Origin: Phoronis australis
Lineage: Eukaryota > Animalia > Phoronida
Assembly: GCA_002633005.1 (NCBI GenBank)
Contig: NMRA01000562.1
Span: forward strand, 125,807 to 189,806
Length of the DNA stretch: 64,000 nt
Direction: 5' to 3'
Each line of letters begins with the position of its first letter. Position 1 is the first letter of the stretch. Shown here piece by piece: positions 52,385 to 63,915 of this stretch. The translations under genes and the position numbers were made by a program. The notes under the pieces were generated by a model. It was not told where the DNA came from, did no database searches, and was given only the letters and a program-made list of their open reading frames with translations.

Positions 52385-52760
52385 TGGGTGTTGACCATTC
52401 CACTTAAGAGTACAATTAAGCCATATGTAAACAAAATCCGTGACATGTCATATACCCACATCTGCCTGACATCCTCATACAATTGCTCTTAAAACACAAT
52501 CCTCTTTTTAGTAGTACCCACTTACTGAGACTTGTTTTTAACAAGTTGTAGAATCTTATTCGTAATCTAGTAATCGAGAAATTGGTGCGTAGCAGCAACC
52601 GAATATCACTTGCACACCTGCACGGGGGATTGTTTGGGATGCACGCAAATGGCCGGTGTGTGGTAAATGTATTGGTATGATCAAGTTCGTCTGGAGCGGA
52701 CAACGAGAATTTTGTGGTCCCGTCTTCGAGATACGGTTTCCGAAGCTTCTTTATGAGTCC
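52385..52760 (-). pseudogene. Cystine-knot pseudo-exon (copy P); basic prodomain-like exon at ~53150-53722
   Basis: One frame: VRSRR..VQVCK*YSVAATHQFLDY*ITNKILQLVKNKSQ*VGTT..EQLYEDVRQMWVYDMS..FTYGLIVLLSG. Confidence 0.55.
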
Positions 52761-52999
52761 AATGAATAGTGTAAAGTGTCGGACTCTCCGTTAAGCTAAA
52801 CAGGTGCCACGTACTATATCCAAAAGTGCTATTCAACAGTTGCGGGTATTGGGGTCAATCCTAAGCTCAAACCTGGCGATCGCACGAAATAGGGTCTATC
52901 CCGTCGTCGCATGGGCCCTTCAAAAGTCTTGGCGCCCACGATAGGTGGGCGGGGATGGCAACTATGAAACTGTAGTGACCAGTAGACGTGTAAAAATTG

Positions 53000-53077
53000 G
53001 TTCCGATGGCTCAGTGGACTAAAATATCTGCGCGCTTAGCAGAAGGTACCGGGTTCGGGTCTCGGTCGGGGCACTAC
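53000..53077 (+). mobile_element. tRNA-derived pseudogene or SINE head
   Basis: TGGCTCAGTGG A box; GGGTTCGGGTCTCGG degenerate B box; ggggcacta 3' end. Confidence 0.55.
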
Positions 53078-54059
53078 AGATTGATGAGGTCACGTGATGT
53101 GGCCAACAGGTGGCGTGTCGACCAGACTTAAACATGTTTGCGAACATGTACTGTGTAACAACTTGAAGATCAAAGTATTTGTACAGACGAAAAGGTATGA
53201 CGTTGTCTTGTAATGTCGGGCATCGAAGGAATTGTTTCTGAGCGGACTCACGATGCGTCGATCTACGTTACACTAGCACATTATCTTGCTTAGATCTGGT
53301 GATGTTATCTCCATATGTTATCAGATGCGCGGTTACCGAGACGAAAAGGCTTCCCGTTATCTTCTAATACTGGGTGTCAGAAACAAAAAAGTCGACCATT
53401 TTTGCTTTTGATAACTTCGTATGCTTCCTTTTCGCGTAAATCGTCCCTTTGCCGAACTGCTTTTGAGCGGATTCACAAGCTGTCGTCTACTTTGTTTCCG
53501 ATTGACAGTTCTAGCCAGGTGAGATGACTCGTGGACGAGACGGTCTCGCCACCTGGTGACTGACTTCTGCGTTTGTTGTAAATCTCATGCGCAATGAATA
53601 GTTCTAGTAAATATAACAACTCGAAGAAATGGAGTAGACCGCGAGATCGTCTGCCAAACGTGCGACTGTGAAGAAGGCTGGGCTTTATTTGTATTAAAGC
53701 TATTGTAGCGTAATAAGTTAGCTGTCCACAGAAATAAAAAATGAGACTGTTGACGGAGTCTTCGGACACAGGTGAACAAATCACTTTAATCAAGCAAGTG
53801 TTCTAGTATACTAATATTCGCATGCTTGTCTGGTAAGAGTAAGTAGGTTCGCTAATAACTAATACAGCCTGTAAAACACAGATAATGCTAGACATTTTAA
53901 TTTATCATTCAGTTTTCTGAAAGCGAATGCAGTCTTCTAAATGGCAAAACTGTGCCGAGCCCCCTTAAATGACTTCCATTATATGTAGGCCAAATAAAGA
54001 GCATTCGCGTGAAATTGTTGTTAGGCCTAGTGTTGTCATCATATACTTTGTTATCATCA

Positions 54060-54310
54060 TCATGTCCAATCCGTACGCAATGATTGTCAGACGTTTTTTT
54101 GTTAGTGAAATATCTTAAAAACGTATGTTTCATGACCGATAATAGAAGACACAGGGGAGGAGCTTGGGCCTGTCTTTCCAAGAAGACCACCTGCGCAATG
54201 ACATTCGACTGAGTGTTGTCTCATCTGGAATGTCGTGGATGGCTGGGTCATTGTCAAGGTACAGGCCGGAAAACCATCCTACTCTGTAACACTCCTTGAC
54301 TCACAAATTA
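54060..54310 (-). pseudogene. Weak candidate cystine-knot pseudo-exon (copy Q)
   Basis: VKECYRV/GFPAC/LDNDP..TLSR/EC../QVVFLERQAQ..SDNHCV(R)I; needs several frameshifts. Confidence 0.3.
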
Positions 54311-55804
54311 AATTAATTGGTTTGATGAAATAAATTGCTTGATTAATTTGCCTCATTCAATAAGTTTGTCCGAATGAGCGTGCATGGTCGGTCCCTCGCA
54401 CCGGAAATGAAGTTCGGTTTTAGAACAATTGTCGCTGCTAATAATGACAATAAGTCATTGGACTTATAAAGAGAAGTCAAGATACTGAATGAATCACTGT
54501 ACTGTCAGACCGAACATGACCACAGCTGGAGCGCGTTCAAGCATTTTTTTTCTTTTCTCTGCTTTAGAAATTAGACCTGTTCTTCACTGACAGAACGTAA
54601 GGCGTAACGAAGCGTTTCATTAATAAGGCGTTCACATGCCGTCCGATCAAAAGGTGAAAGATTTTCACGTGTGAACATTCGTTTGACGTCAGATAGCCTT
54701 CTAATCGTACAGCCACAAATCAAACGTCAAATCGACCTCCATAGCGTGAAAAACACATTTCAATGACGTTTTTGTAGTTAGGCATTATTTGTCCATGTTA
54801 AGTGATGACGCGCCTTCAACTTATATGGCGCGATATGGACCCATAAACAGGAACAGAAATGCACAATTACATCACGTTTTCAAAAACATTAGTAGATCTT
54901 GATTTTTTTCACGGGTACAATTTATAACTTCAATTACAAAATTATGTGTTTGGATTAATTGGTGTGCTCCGACAACGGTTGCACCGTTCATAGGGTAATA
55001 ATTTTCCGGCGTACAGTTTAGTTATTTACCGCGCTATGCAAATCTGGCCTATTAATGTATTGTTTTTAATTTTGGTATTTTAATCTTATTCGTGTCCAAA
55101 ACGTCAAACTACGTCATATTAAACAAGCGAATAGTCAATGTACGTGATTAGCGAGATTACTATCGCTTTAACGTTTACTGGCAATTCCACTTGGGACGGC
55201 GGTTAGGACGCCTCCAATTTGTAAACACTTGTTTTTAGCGGCTGGTCTAGCTTCTGATCAAACGTCCTAACTGCCTTTTTACAAAAATTCTACATCTAAA
55301 CGCGACACAAGTCTATAAATGAGACCGATTTTTCCAAACTTAATCTTACAGGAACATTTGCGTTAATGTAAATAAGTACTTGGAAACTCTTGTTATTGAT
55401 ATACATGTATACATTATAGAGGCGTCGTATTTGTAAAATAATCCATTTATTTGCTAGAACGAGTCATTTTGCATAACAATTTTATTTTATTTTCATTGGA
55501 ACGATTACTGAGGTGAGTTTTAATGAATTAGATTAACGCCATTGAATACACGCTGTTGAGATTTCTGACGCCAGCTACATTCAACATATGTACATCCATA
55601 ACTGTTAGAATTCTTCGTTGAAGAAATGCATTCAGTGGTATTGCTTCGCTGGGCAAGAGACATCCACACTCATTGAACGTCTCGTTATAATTGATTGTTA
55701 AAGATAATTGATAAGGATCAAGATCTCAGGCTAATTTACTCGTGTATGTTTGTCAGTGAACTCATCTCAGTCATGACCGTATCCAGCTGTCAGCCGCCGT
55801 GCAG

Positions 55805-56228
55805 TGCGATGACTCAGCAGTGGTTTTGTTCACGCACGAGGAGCCAACGCATTTCGCTGACTAAAGCAGCACACAGCAACGAATGAGGTCTAGGTTAAAA
55901 TCCCCCAGATTTAAGTAAAAACGCAGCAAGGATTCAACAGAGAAAGTGGCACCAGCCCGGATCCGGTGAGATCATACTGTGTAATCGTGAAAGATTAAAC
56001 CCTTTCAACTGTTGGACTCATAAATGCCGGTTTCTCATTGGTTGAGCGGGTGAGTGTCCCGGTAATACTCTCACAGAGGTATACGGGACGTGGCATCGAG
56101 AAGGGTGACTTTTTCATGTCCAGTTCCCTTATAAAACGTTGCCATTTCCGACAAAGCTCTCCACGAAACAGTTCAATGTTCATGGAGTTCGAAACTCCTA
56201 CAAAAGGTTCTTTTCCGTTTTAGTAGGT
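55805..56228 (-). pseudogene. Neurotrophin-like cystine-knot pseudo-exon (copy R); upstream exon candidate 56388-56532
   Basis: Acceptor tttgtgtag; RFIR..VYLCESITG..ERV*SFTITQ(Y) (cf. QYFFETKC)/GWCHF../EMRWLLVREQNHC*V. Confidence 0.65.
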
Positions 56229-56554
56229 CTACACAAATCTACAAAAGGATTTTAACATTGTTTGTGTGTTTTTAAGTCTGTTTGCAGAAATATTTACTCG
56301 TTTTTGTTAACATGACAGAGCTTCGTGTACTGTTTTAGACTCAGTTGTCCAAGAATCTATACACAAGGGTTTGGCTTTTGGGATTACCTCGAAAAGGAAA
56401 ACGAGTGTTGATTCTGGAACAGCAACCTACAGTGGGAGTCTTCTTCACGGAAACTCTCTACTAACGGATTCTTTTTTCGATTTCATTCTCGAAATGGGTG
56501 GCTATCCTAATATTCCAAATACAGACACCACTAAAAGTAAAATTGAATGCCTTC

Positions 56555-56765
56555 GGGATGAGAGTTTTTCAACTCACCCTAGAAAGGACTGTCCTCCATC
56601 CCAGGTTACTTCCCAGACCTGGCTGAAATTTTGTTTTATACAGCTGGATCCACGGGAGAAATGTGCCTTGCTCAACGACGCGACCACATGGTTGCGGAAG
56701 CCATGGATTCAACCAAAACCCTTTGGTTGAAAGCCCTTGAAGGATAGGCCTACGCTGAGCCACAC
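56555..56765 (-). mobile_element. tRNA-derived SINE with conserved central domain
   Basis: Minus strand gtggctcagcg A box, ggttgaatcc B box, ttgagcaaggcac..ccagctgtataaa, gtaacctgggatgga core. Confidence 0.65.
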
Positions 56766-57659
56766 TGGCAGAGCATTACATTTATTTTCTTCTCCCTCGC
56801 GAAGCAGTGAATGACGTTAACAATCATGAAAAGCGAAGTAATTAATTTGGAAAATCAGGAATTTAAAGGTTACCAAGCGGTTTACGGCTGAGAAATGCAT
56901 TTTGAGGTTAATTTTAGATTTTTGGGAGAGAGATATAAAACGGCAAGCTGTTGTTTATTGTGACTTTTAATGAATCGCAGAGTCCTAACAAAAACTGAGG
57001 CTGCGACCTTATCAGGTGTGTTGGTGAAAATGGCCGACGCCGGACGGGTTTGCATTCCACTCCAATAGCTTGACATTCAAGCTTACTTTCGATTGATGTT
57101 GAAGTAAATCTGAAAACGTTTTGAAAAATGTTTTATGTTTCCAGTCTTTGACTAATTAATCAATCAAGTACCTCGGTGAGCCTCAGCTGAAACATTTTGA
57201 CTGAAGTCGGCCAGTCGACATACGCCTACACGAAAGTCGCTTTCCAGACAGGACAAACCAGCTTTGGAACTGCGATAACTTGATCATTACAAATGCTAAC
57301 TAGTGCAATTATTGGAGATTATCTATAACCATAGTGTTGCGTTAGGTGAGTGGCTAGGTGCAGTGCGAGTAAGTCGATACCTAAATATCACGACGTTGAA
57401 CAGTGGAGGAAGTTGTGGGCAGTCCTAATAGATTTTTTGCGAAAATGAAAGCAAAACAACACATTCACTGATGAAAATCACAATATTTGTAAGCTTCTCT
57501 TTTTTAAACACCAAGTACTACATGTAGCTGAAAATAGTAAAGTAGTTTTAGAAAGACCTCCCTTTAGACTGGAGCTGCTTATTTCCAACGGTGCATCAAG
57601 GACGCCGGAAAGGGGAGTGGCAAACGATCACTCTTTTCTAAGGAAATACATTCCGCGTA

Positions 57660-58065
57660 GCTTCTAAAAACGGCCATTTTTGTCGCGTCACACTGTAGGA
57701 CCCAATGTCTTGGACCCCGTCTTAATCCGAATACAGATTTTCGGAATTACCTGTCAATTTATCGGTCGAAAATGCATTCTTTGTTGGGTGGTATAGTCTT
57801 CTTGAAGGTATTGGCTTTGGTCAGAGCTTCAAAACAATGAGATCAGTTGTTTGTGATTTTTTACAAATTTCTCATTGTTACCGTTGTTTGTCAGACTTTT
57901 ATTGAAATCAAAGTCGGTGTCTTTCCCGTTTAAACACCGCTACTTAACATCTGGCGTTTGACTCCAAGAAGAGCGTTCGACTTCTATTGCAAAACTAATG
58001 AGTTCGATACCGTGCTACGGTTAATTTCGGTAAAGCTACTTTTCTGGCCAATAATGTCGCTTCAG
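57660..58065 (+). pseudogene. Spaetzle-like pseudo-exon (copy S)
   Basis: One frame: VENAFFVGWYSLLEGIGFGQSFKTMRSVVCDFLQISHCYRCLSDFY*NQSRCLSRLNTAT*HLAFD, then ISVKLLSGQ*CRF (cf. Spz SRC.Q...RLLAFD...KLPS.C.C). Confidence 0.65.
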
Positions 58066-58245
58066 CCACAAATGACCACGAGCATGACCGGTATTTCCTT
58101 TTGACAAGGTCACATGTGATTTCAACATCGTTTCAATGTTAGTACCTATTTAAAAATTCGTGGCCTGGTACTGTATAAGTGCAAGTAGGCCTAAATCGCC
58201 GGACAAGAAAGCCCAAGTTCAGTTAATTTTTCTCTTCTGTCGTAG

Positions 58246-58975
58246 GCCGTCATGTACTTCCACCTTTGAGTGTCGTCAGTTTCCTGTCGATAGCGACCGA
58301 TAGGTGGGTCAGTTCAAATACCCAGATTTTCTTAACATCTCCAGCGAGTGGTCTCAAGGATAAAAATGACGGTTTGTGGACACAGTTTTTATTGGACATC
58401 TCGGGTGTTATCTTGGCAATATACTCCAGGTTGGAGTTCTATTCAAACAAAAAAACAAAGGTAAAAATGACGAACTAGAGTCACGCTGTTGATGAATGAA
58501 AGCAGCTCACGAAGACTAAAAAATGCTACTCTTTTCTAACGTTGAGATGCAAGCTGAACTACGCCGATAAAAGCTGGTAATAGTTGAGCGGAACAGTTCG
58601 TAATAGGTTGAGAGTAACAGTCATGATGCTCGAAAACATGCTTGGCAAAACATTTGCTGCATTGAATTCAATTCACCGGATTCAGCCGGTTCAACTGGTT
58701 AAAATATGTAATGACGACTTCCGGCTTACAGAACAGTCAGATTGTCTTAGTCATTTGACACGGTGGGCCCGGCGAAGTGAATCGCGTCCATCCACTGAAA
58801 TGTGCAGTATTCTTCAAGCCTCTTTTAGCCAACTGACACTGAGTATTTTAATATTTTGAACCTGGTCCATTAACTCTTGACAACAAAAACAAAGCAATGT
58901 ACTAAACAATAGCAATGACAGATTTCAACAATTACGGATGTTCGCTCGGAGTATGAGCTTGTTTAGTAAAACGCC
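58246..58975 (+). pseudogene. Spaetzle-like pseudogene (copy T); exon ~58246-58460 and knot 58584-58975
   Basis: Acceptor ttttctcttctgtcgtag and donor gtaaaa; LENMLGKTFAALNSIHRIQPVQLVKICNDD..SDCLSHL..EMCSILQ.. GV*ACLVK (cf. Spz A.N..G.W..IVN....Q.V...C). Confidence 0.7.
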
Positions 58976-59571
58976 ATTTTCACGTTTAGGACCGAGTCAA
59001 GTACAATTAATTTACTGAAATAAAGATGAATAATAATCATAAAAGCAGATTTACATTGTCCTTTAATCAACTAAGCACTTTGCAAATTATTACCGGAGTA
59101 TGGACAATGAGTCCAACCGTTGTCGATGGTCATCCACTAATCCTGAAAAACAAGTTTGTAAAAATTTCGAGTACCAAAATGCCCCATTGGGACACATAGA
59201 CCTGTAAAAATTTCGACCATGTGATAAAGACTGTGTATCTCTATTCCCATTTCCGTCAACGTAGAGTTAGACAGGCCTTGAGTAAATATCCGTTTCAAGC
59301 ATTACCGAAATACATGTACATCTGGTAAGTCTGTAGGAAGCATTATTGACGAGGAACAACATGCAAGCACATCTTTTTACAGAACAGTCACGTATAACAT
59401 CCACGAGCATTATAAATAAATCTGAGGTAGAAAACATAGCAAAAGATGAGAGTTTTGCAAACAAAGTCAACCACCTTTATACTTAAAGAGAATTTTGTTG
59501 ACATCCCTCGCACTGCCGTCGCCGAGTAGGCTTTCCTCTGCCAAGTCGTTCCGCCATTGACCTTTATACAG

Positions 59572-60060
59572 GCAGATGGAAACGAACGGATTGTGAAAAA
59601 GCGCTTTGATCACAGCCGAATTTGCCAGTCATCAGGTGGCGAAAATGAAATATTTCCATAACTCGCCATTATTGACATGCTTCAGAAGGAGGTGAGAGGA
59701 ACCGCAAAAATCTCCATTCTCGCTAACCTGGACAATTTTGAAGAGTTTGTCGAAGTCGATTACTCTTGCGTTGCTCCCTCTAAATTTGGCACCCAGTGGA
59801 CTAGGTATTTGTAGAGTATGAACAACACATTTTACATAGACAACTCCACTTGGCTTCGAGGAAGGGTGCTTATTCTTGGACATCAGGCTACGATGCAGAG
59901 CCGAGAAGTAAAGCCTTGATCAATCCCACGTCTAGAACACTTGCCGTTTCTCGTCGAAAATCAGTCAGTGAAGAGATTCTTTTTGGTTAATCTGCAATTG
60001 AAATCGTGTCAGCTTTTAAGGGAGTTTCAAGTTGTCGACGCCACTACAACCAGAAGATAG
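59572..60060 (+). pseudogene. Spaetzle-like pseudo-exon (copy U, clearest)
   Basis: Acceptor cctttatacag; VKKR FDHSRICQSSGGENEIFP*LA..ISILANLDNFEEFVEVDYSCVAP../EGCLFLD/..SRTLAV..IVSAFKGVSSCR(R) (cf. Drosophila Spz LCRSIRKLVYP..IVNNDEYKQAIQIEEC..QTLA..NSFKIPSCCKC). Confidence 0.78.
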
Positions 60061-61169
60061 TCGTAAACAAGTTTGACTAACCCTACAAGTTGTTTTGTCC
60101 ATCTCCTGCTTTTAATTGAGCCCAATATTTTCGCTATTTATAGTTCGCTATAAGATATATAATTGCATTTAAGTACGTCTATTAATACTGTGACAGCGAA
60201 AACTTGTGTAGTATAAACAATCGTGTTTTTGGAGATCAAACCCGCTTTCGCCAAACGTTATCTAGGTCCCTTGAATTCACGATGATGAAAATGTACTCTG
60301 TAGTTTCTGGTGAACACCAAAGCGTAAGGTTCAACCAGTACTCAAAATCGTGAGCAATATTCAGTTTTCGGGTAGTGAAATCTCAAGCAAACTTGGAGAA
60401 ATTTACTCGAAAATTTCAGGACACCTGTACATCAACGTAGATTACTTCAAAAGTGTTCAATTTGTGTATTTGAAGACTGAATTTCACATTTGATATTTTA
60501 GTGAACACTGCGACTATGTTTAAGAAAATTGCAATCAGTGTGAAATAATTCACAAAGTACACGCCCCACACTTTTTATTAGAAAATTTATGAGACGACAA
60601 TGGTCTTTTTCGCACGTCTTTTGCCGATACTTTTACTCGTTGACTGGACAGTGCATTGTGTTAGGTTTTAAAAATTAATTCCGTTTTCTGGTTTTATCGC
60701 GCTAAGGACTTCCAACGAGACTCGAAAAATAAATCTGTAGTCGGAGTGCCTAGTGAAAAAAATTGGGTAAAGTTTGATGGACGAAATTTCTAGAGTACGT
60801 AGAGTGTGGAGTATAGCAACTTAAAGTGCTTTACGTTTCTGAGCAAAGTTTGGTAGTCGCGGGTCGTGGACCGTATACGATTCAGAGGTGACGTAGCGCC
60901 CGCCCGACTTTCTGGCTACTGGAAACCTCTTATTTGGACCCATGATCAAGTGAATTTAGCATCAATAAGCCACATGACGTATCAAATCTTCCAAATCACG
61001 TGCATTCCGTAAAAGTGGTTTGGCAAGATTGTGAATGACAACGAAAAAATACGCGTTTGATGTTTTGGGAGTAAGCACGAGCAATTACCACATCGATACA
61101 GCAAAATGGCAGTCACAGAAGTGATTGGTGGGTAGGGTTCAAATAATGGGAGAAAATTTACGGCTTCTT

Positions 61170-61480
61170 TTCCATAAGCGAGAATTGCACGTGCCAAGAG
61201 TCTGGAAGGTATCAATCCTGTGCAGATGATCCTAGCGTCAATGTCGTACAATGGAGGTTTCTGTTATATTCAGAAAAGTCGCCGATGCAAGCCTGCGGTT
61301 TCTTATCACAAAGCTCTACAGGAAGTGCTCAGCGAAAGCATGTTGCATTGCACACCAGTGAATACCAAGGTATTTTTGAACGATTTTGGAGCTGAGTTTT
61401 GTGAATACGAGTTTTGTTTTTTACGCTAAACATCCAATGTGAACAGGAAACGCGAGGAGTGTTCCTAGAGTGTGTCATTT
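61170..61480 (+). pseudogene. Candidate cystine-knot pseudo-exon (copy V), heavily decayed
   Basis: IARAKSLEGINPVQMI/VVQ..SPMQACGFLS../..GVFLECVI*. Confidence 0.35.
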
Positions 61481-61503
61481 AATGACTGGTCACGCTGCTC
61501 TAA

Positions 61504-62335
61504 CTAAACAGGACAAAAGCCTTGATTTGAAGCAATGAATTGAAGATACGTGACATCGAACTGTCTGTGGATACTGGACTGAAATAGGATCAATGTATTT
61601 ACGACAAATGTTTCAGTGTAGGCATACCACCATGTGTATATACATGTACTCAAAACTGGACACAAATTTTGACCAATTTCTAAGCAAATATCTAAAAAAT
61701 GAAATTCCATGCGATATGATTGCCCCATTATCAAATGACTAGTTAAGTAATATGGTTTCTCGCGAATTTTTGTACGACTCTCCGGGCCTACAACCGGGGG
61801 CTGGAGCAAACTCTTTTTTACTTAATCAAAGTACAAAAACATACTTGATGTTTTAAATGACGAGTGTTGATAGTGCGACTTAAAAAGGATACCACAGTAG
61901 TATCGAGATGAGACGATTCAGAAATTACGATATTTTGAACAATGTTAAATGGAAAACTTTTAAGTAATATATAAGAATGAAGTGAGTTATTAAGTGACAT
62001 ATGTCACTATGAACACCAGTCCTACCGCAGTGTATCCATAGAAACCAAAAAGTGTTAATCTGTTTTACTATTTCACGACTCCATTTTGCGACCGCCGCAA
62101 AATTCTTTGAAACAATCAACTTTCGCCATCGTGTGGGACGTCCCAGGGCAAAAGTCATGCAGGGGTCTAGCTATATTCAACCAAACTGGCTTTTAAAACA
62201 GCATTATAATTATTTTATGCAGCATGTTGCCAAAAGGAACCAACTCCAGACAAGAGACTCATCAGCTATGGAGCGACTTGAAACCGAGGCTACAAGGACA
62301 AAAGCTAAATTCATGCAAAATTTGAAAGTTTCTAT
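61504..62335 (-). pseudogene. Spaetzle-like pseudogene (copy W)
   Basis: Signal-like FKFCMNLAFVLVASVSS (~62270-62325); KRVCSSPRL*ARRVVQKFARNHIT/MGQSYRMEFHFLDICLEIGQNLCPVLSTC..TETFVV..VTYLQFIASNQGFCPV. Confidence 0.6.
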
Positions 62336-63119
62336 GTCCAAATCACCGAGCTAATAGCATAGAATTATTATCGAGCGCTGTTTTCCCCATTTACTCGCCA
62401 TTTTACGTGAAATCTGCAGTTCATTGTCGGGTTCCAATAGAGGGCATTGTAAAAACTGGCTTGTTTATTCCACTTAGTTCAATACGACGCCAGTGCACAC
62501 GTATTCTGAACTCGAAATTGTGGACTGTTGAATGTCTTACATCCTATGCGTACACCGGGTGTTCAAACATAAGATGTATGTATTTGTAACATGCTCTAGG
62601 AGGTCCGGTTTTATATCCGATTTTAAGACAAGACTGCTAAAATAACCGTTGTTATGAAGCCATTACCGGTACCATGGCAACACGCCTGGCACGTGTATAG
62701 GATGTGTAGAAAGACATTCAGCACAATCATTTCACGGATCCAATAACCACGACTTTTGTTGATTTTAAAGTCCTATTTGCCAGTTCAAGCACTCAAAGTT
62801 AGGATGCTTTAACTCCGATTAAAACCGCGTGAACAACTAGTTTGTAGCTTTGATTTGATCATTGTAGGCTTGAAGTATTAAAAGGCTATTTCACTCTCAC
62901 TTACTGCCTGAACATAAAAAATGAAATTGAATAAATTAACACTAGCAATTTGGTTTAAAAAATAGCTGGTCATGAAAGCAATTAGCTTTTACCATTAAAA
63001 GAAATAGATGGATTAATGACCTGCTTCTAACTTGAAGCGGATCAATTTCCGAGGAGTTACATATAATTAATTGGCGAACAGTGTCACTACACACTTCTTC
63101 GCATACTCTTTCTAAATTG

Positions 63120-63510
63120 CCAAAGCGACGGGGGTTCTTTTTGGAAATGGCGGATCTTGTGTGATCAGTGAACCTCTCCGAATGATCCGCATTCGAGCGT
63201 TGAAGCGGGTGACCTCGTCTCCTCACTAAAAGCCACTGGGCACGCCTCTCAGTGAAATTTCATTTATGTGTTTTTGTGGCAGTGATCAGTCATTTTAGGA
63301 GCGCACAAGGTTATTGGTGTATCGAAAACTCATTGCCAAACTGCAAGTTCAACTCAGACCAAGGTGTCCTAATCACCCCTTACTTCGTCTTGCATTCAGA
63401 TTTTTCAAAACACAACGACAATGCAGAGCAGCTGATTGAAACTTTATGGGGCCTACCATATTGTGAAAATACTGGTCCCAGCTGGATGGGAGTGTTTGGT
63501 TAAACTGAAA
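63120..63510 (+). pseudogene. Spaetzle/neurotrophin-like pseudo-exon (copy X)
   Basis: KRR GF/FGNGGSCVISEP..DQSF*E/GYWCIENSLPNCKF/LTSSCIQIFQ..YHIVKILVPAG(W<C)ECLVKLK. Confidence 0.72.
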
Positions 63511-63544
63511 TGTAATCAGCCGTTAGACCATTCGACACACAATA

Positions 63545-63915
63545 GAAGAACCAACAGGCGCAATCACGCTCATTCCGTTAAAATGCCGTTCCCTTTGAAA
63601 AAGAACAGAAAACACTAACGTGACAAATAGATCCCCCCAAATGGACCCATTGAGACTCGGTGTGCCAACAGTGACCCATAGCCGCACTTTTAAAAAATGA
63701 TTTACTGTATGTTAAGGTAAACTATAAGAACATGCAAAGGTTCGAAATAGAAGACCATAAGAAAACAGCATGGATGTGCTATGGGCTCGCCCTGGCGTAA
63801 CTCAACTGGATGTCTCAAAATTTCCATGCTTTTAAGAAGACCTTAAGCTTTTTAATGTATTCGACTCACCGGTCATAGCATTTGTTTGGATATAAGGCCA
63901 GCTCTTTTGTTTAAA
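63545..63915 (-). pseudogene. Cystine-knot pseudo-exon (copy Y); 5' exons probably beyond the window
   Basis: Single frame: NKCYDR*VEY..SP*HIHAVFL(W)SSISNLCMFL*..MGHCWHTESQWVHL..AF*RNERDCAC; intact terminal CxC. Confidence 0.68.

Noticed and set aside
53000-53077. Functional tRNA gene (also 39772-39852)
   Set aside because: Degenerate T-arm and acceptor pairing; better explained as SINE heads or pseudogenes.
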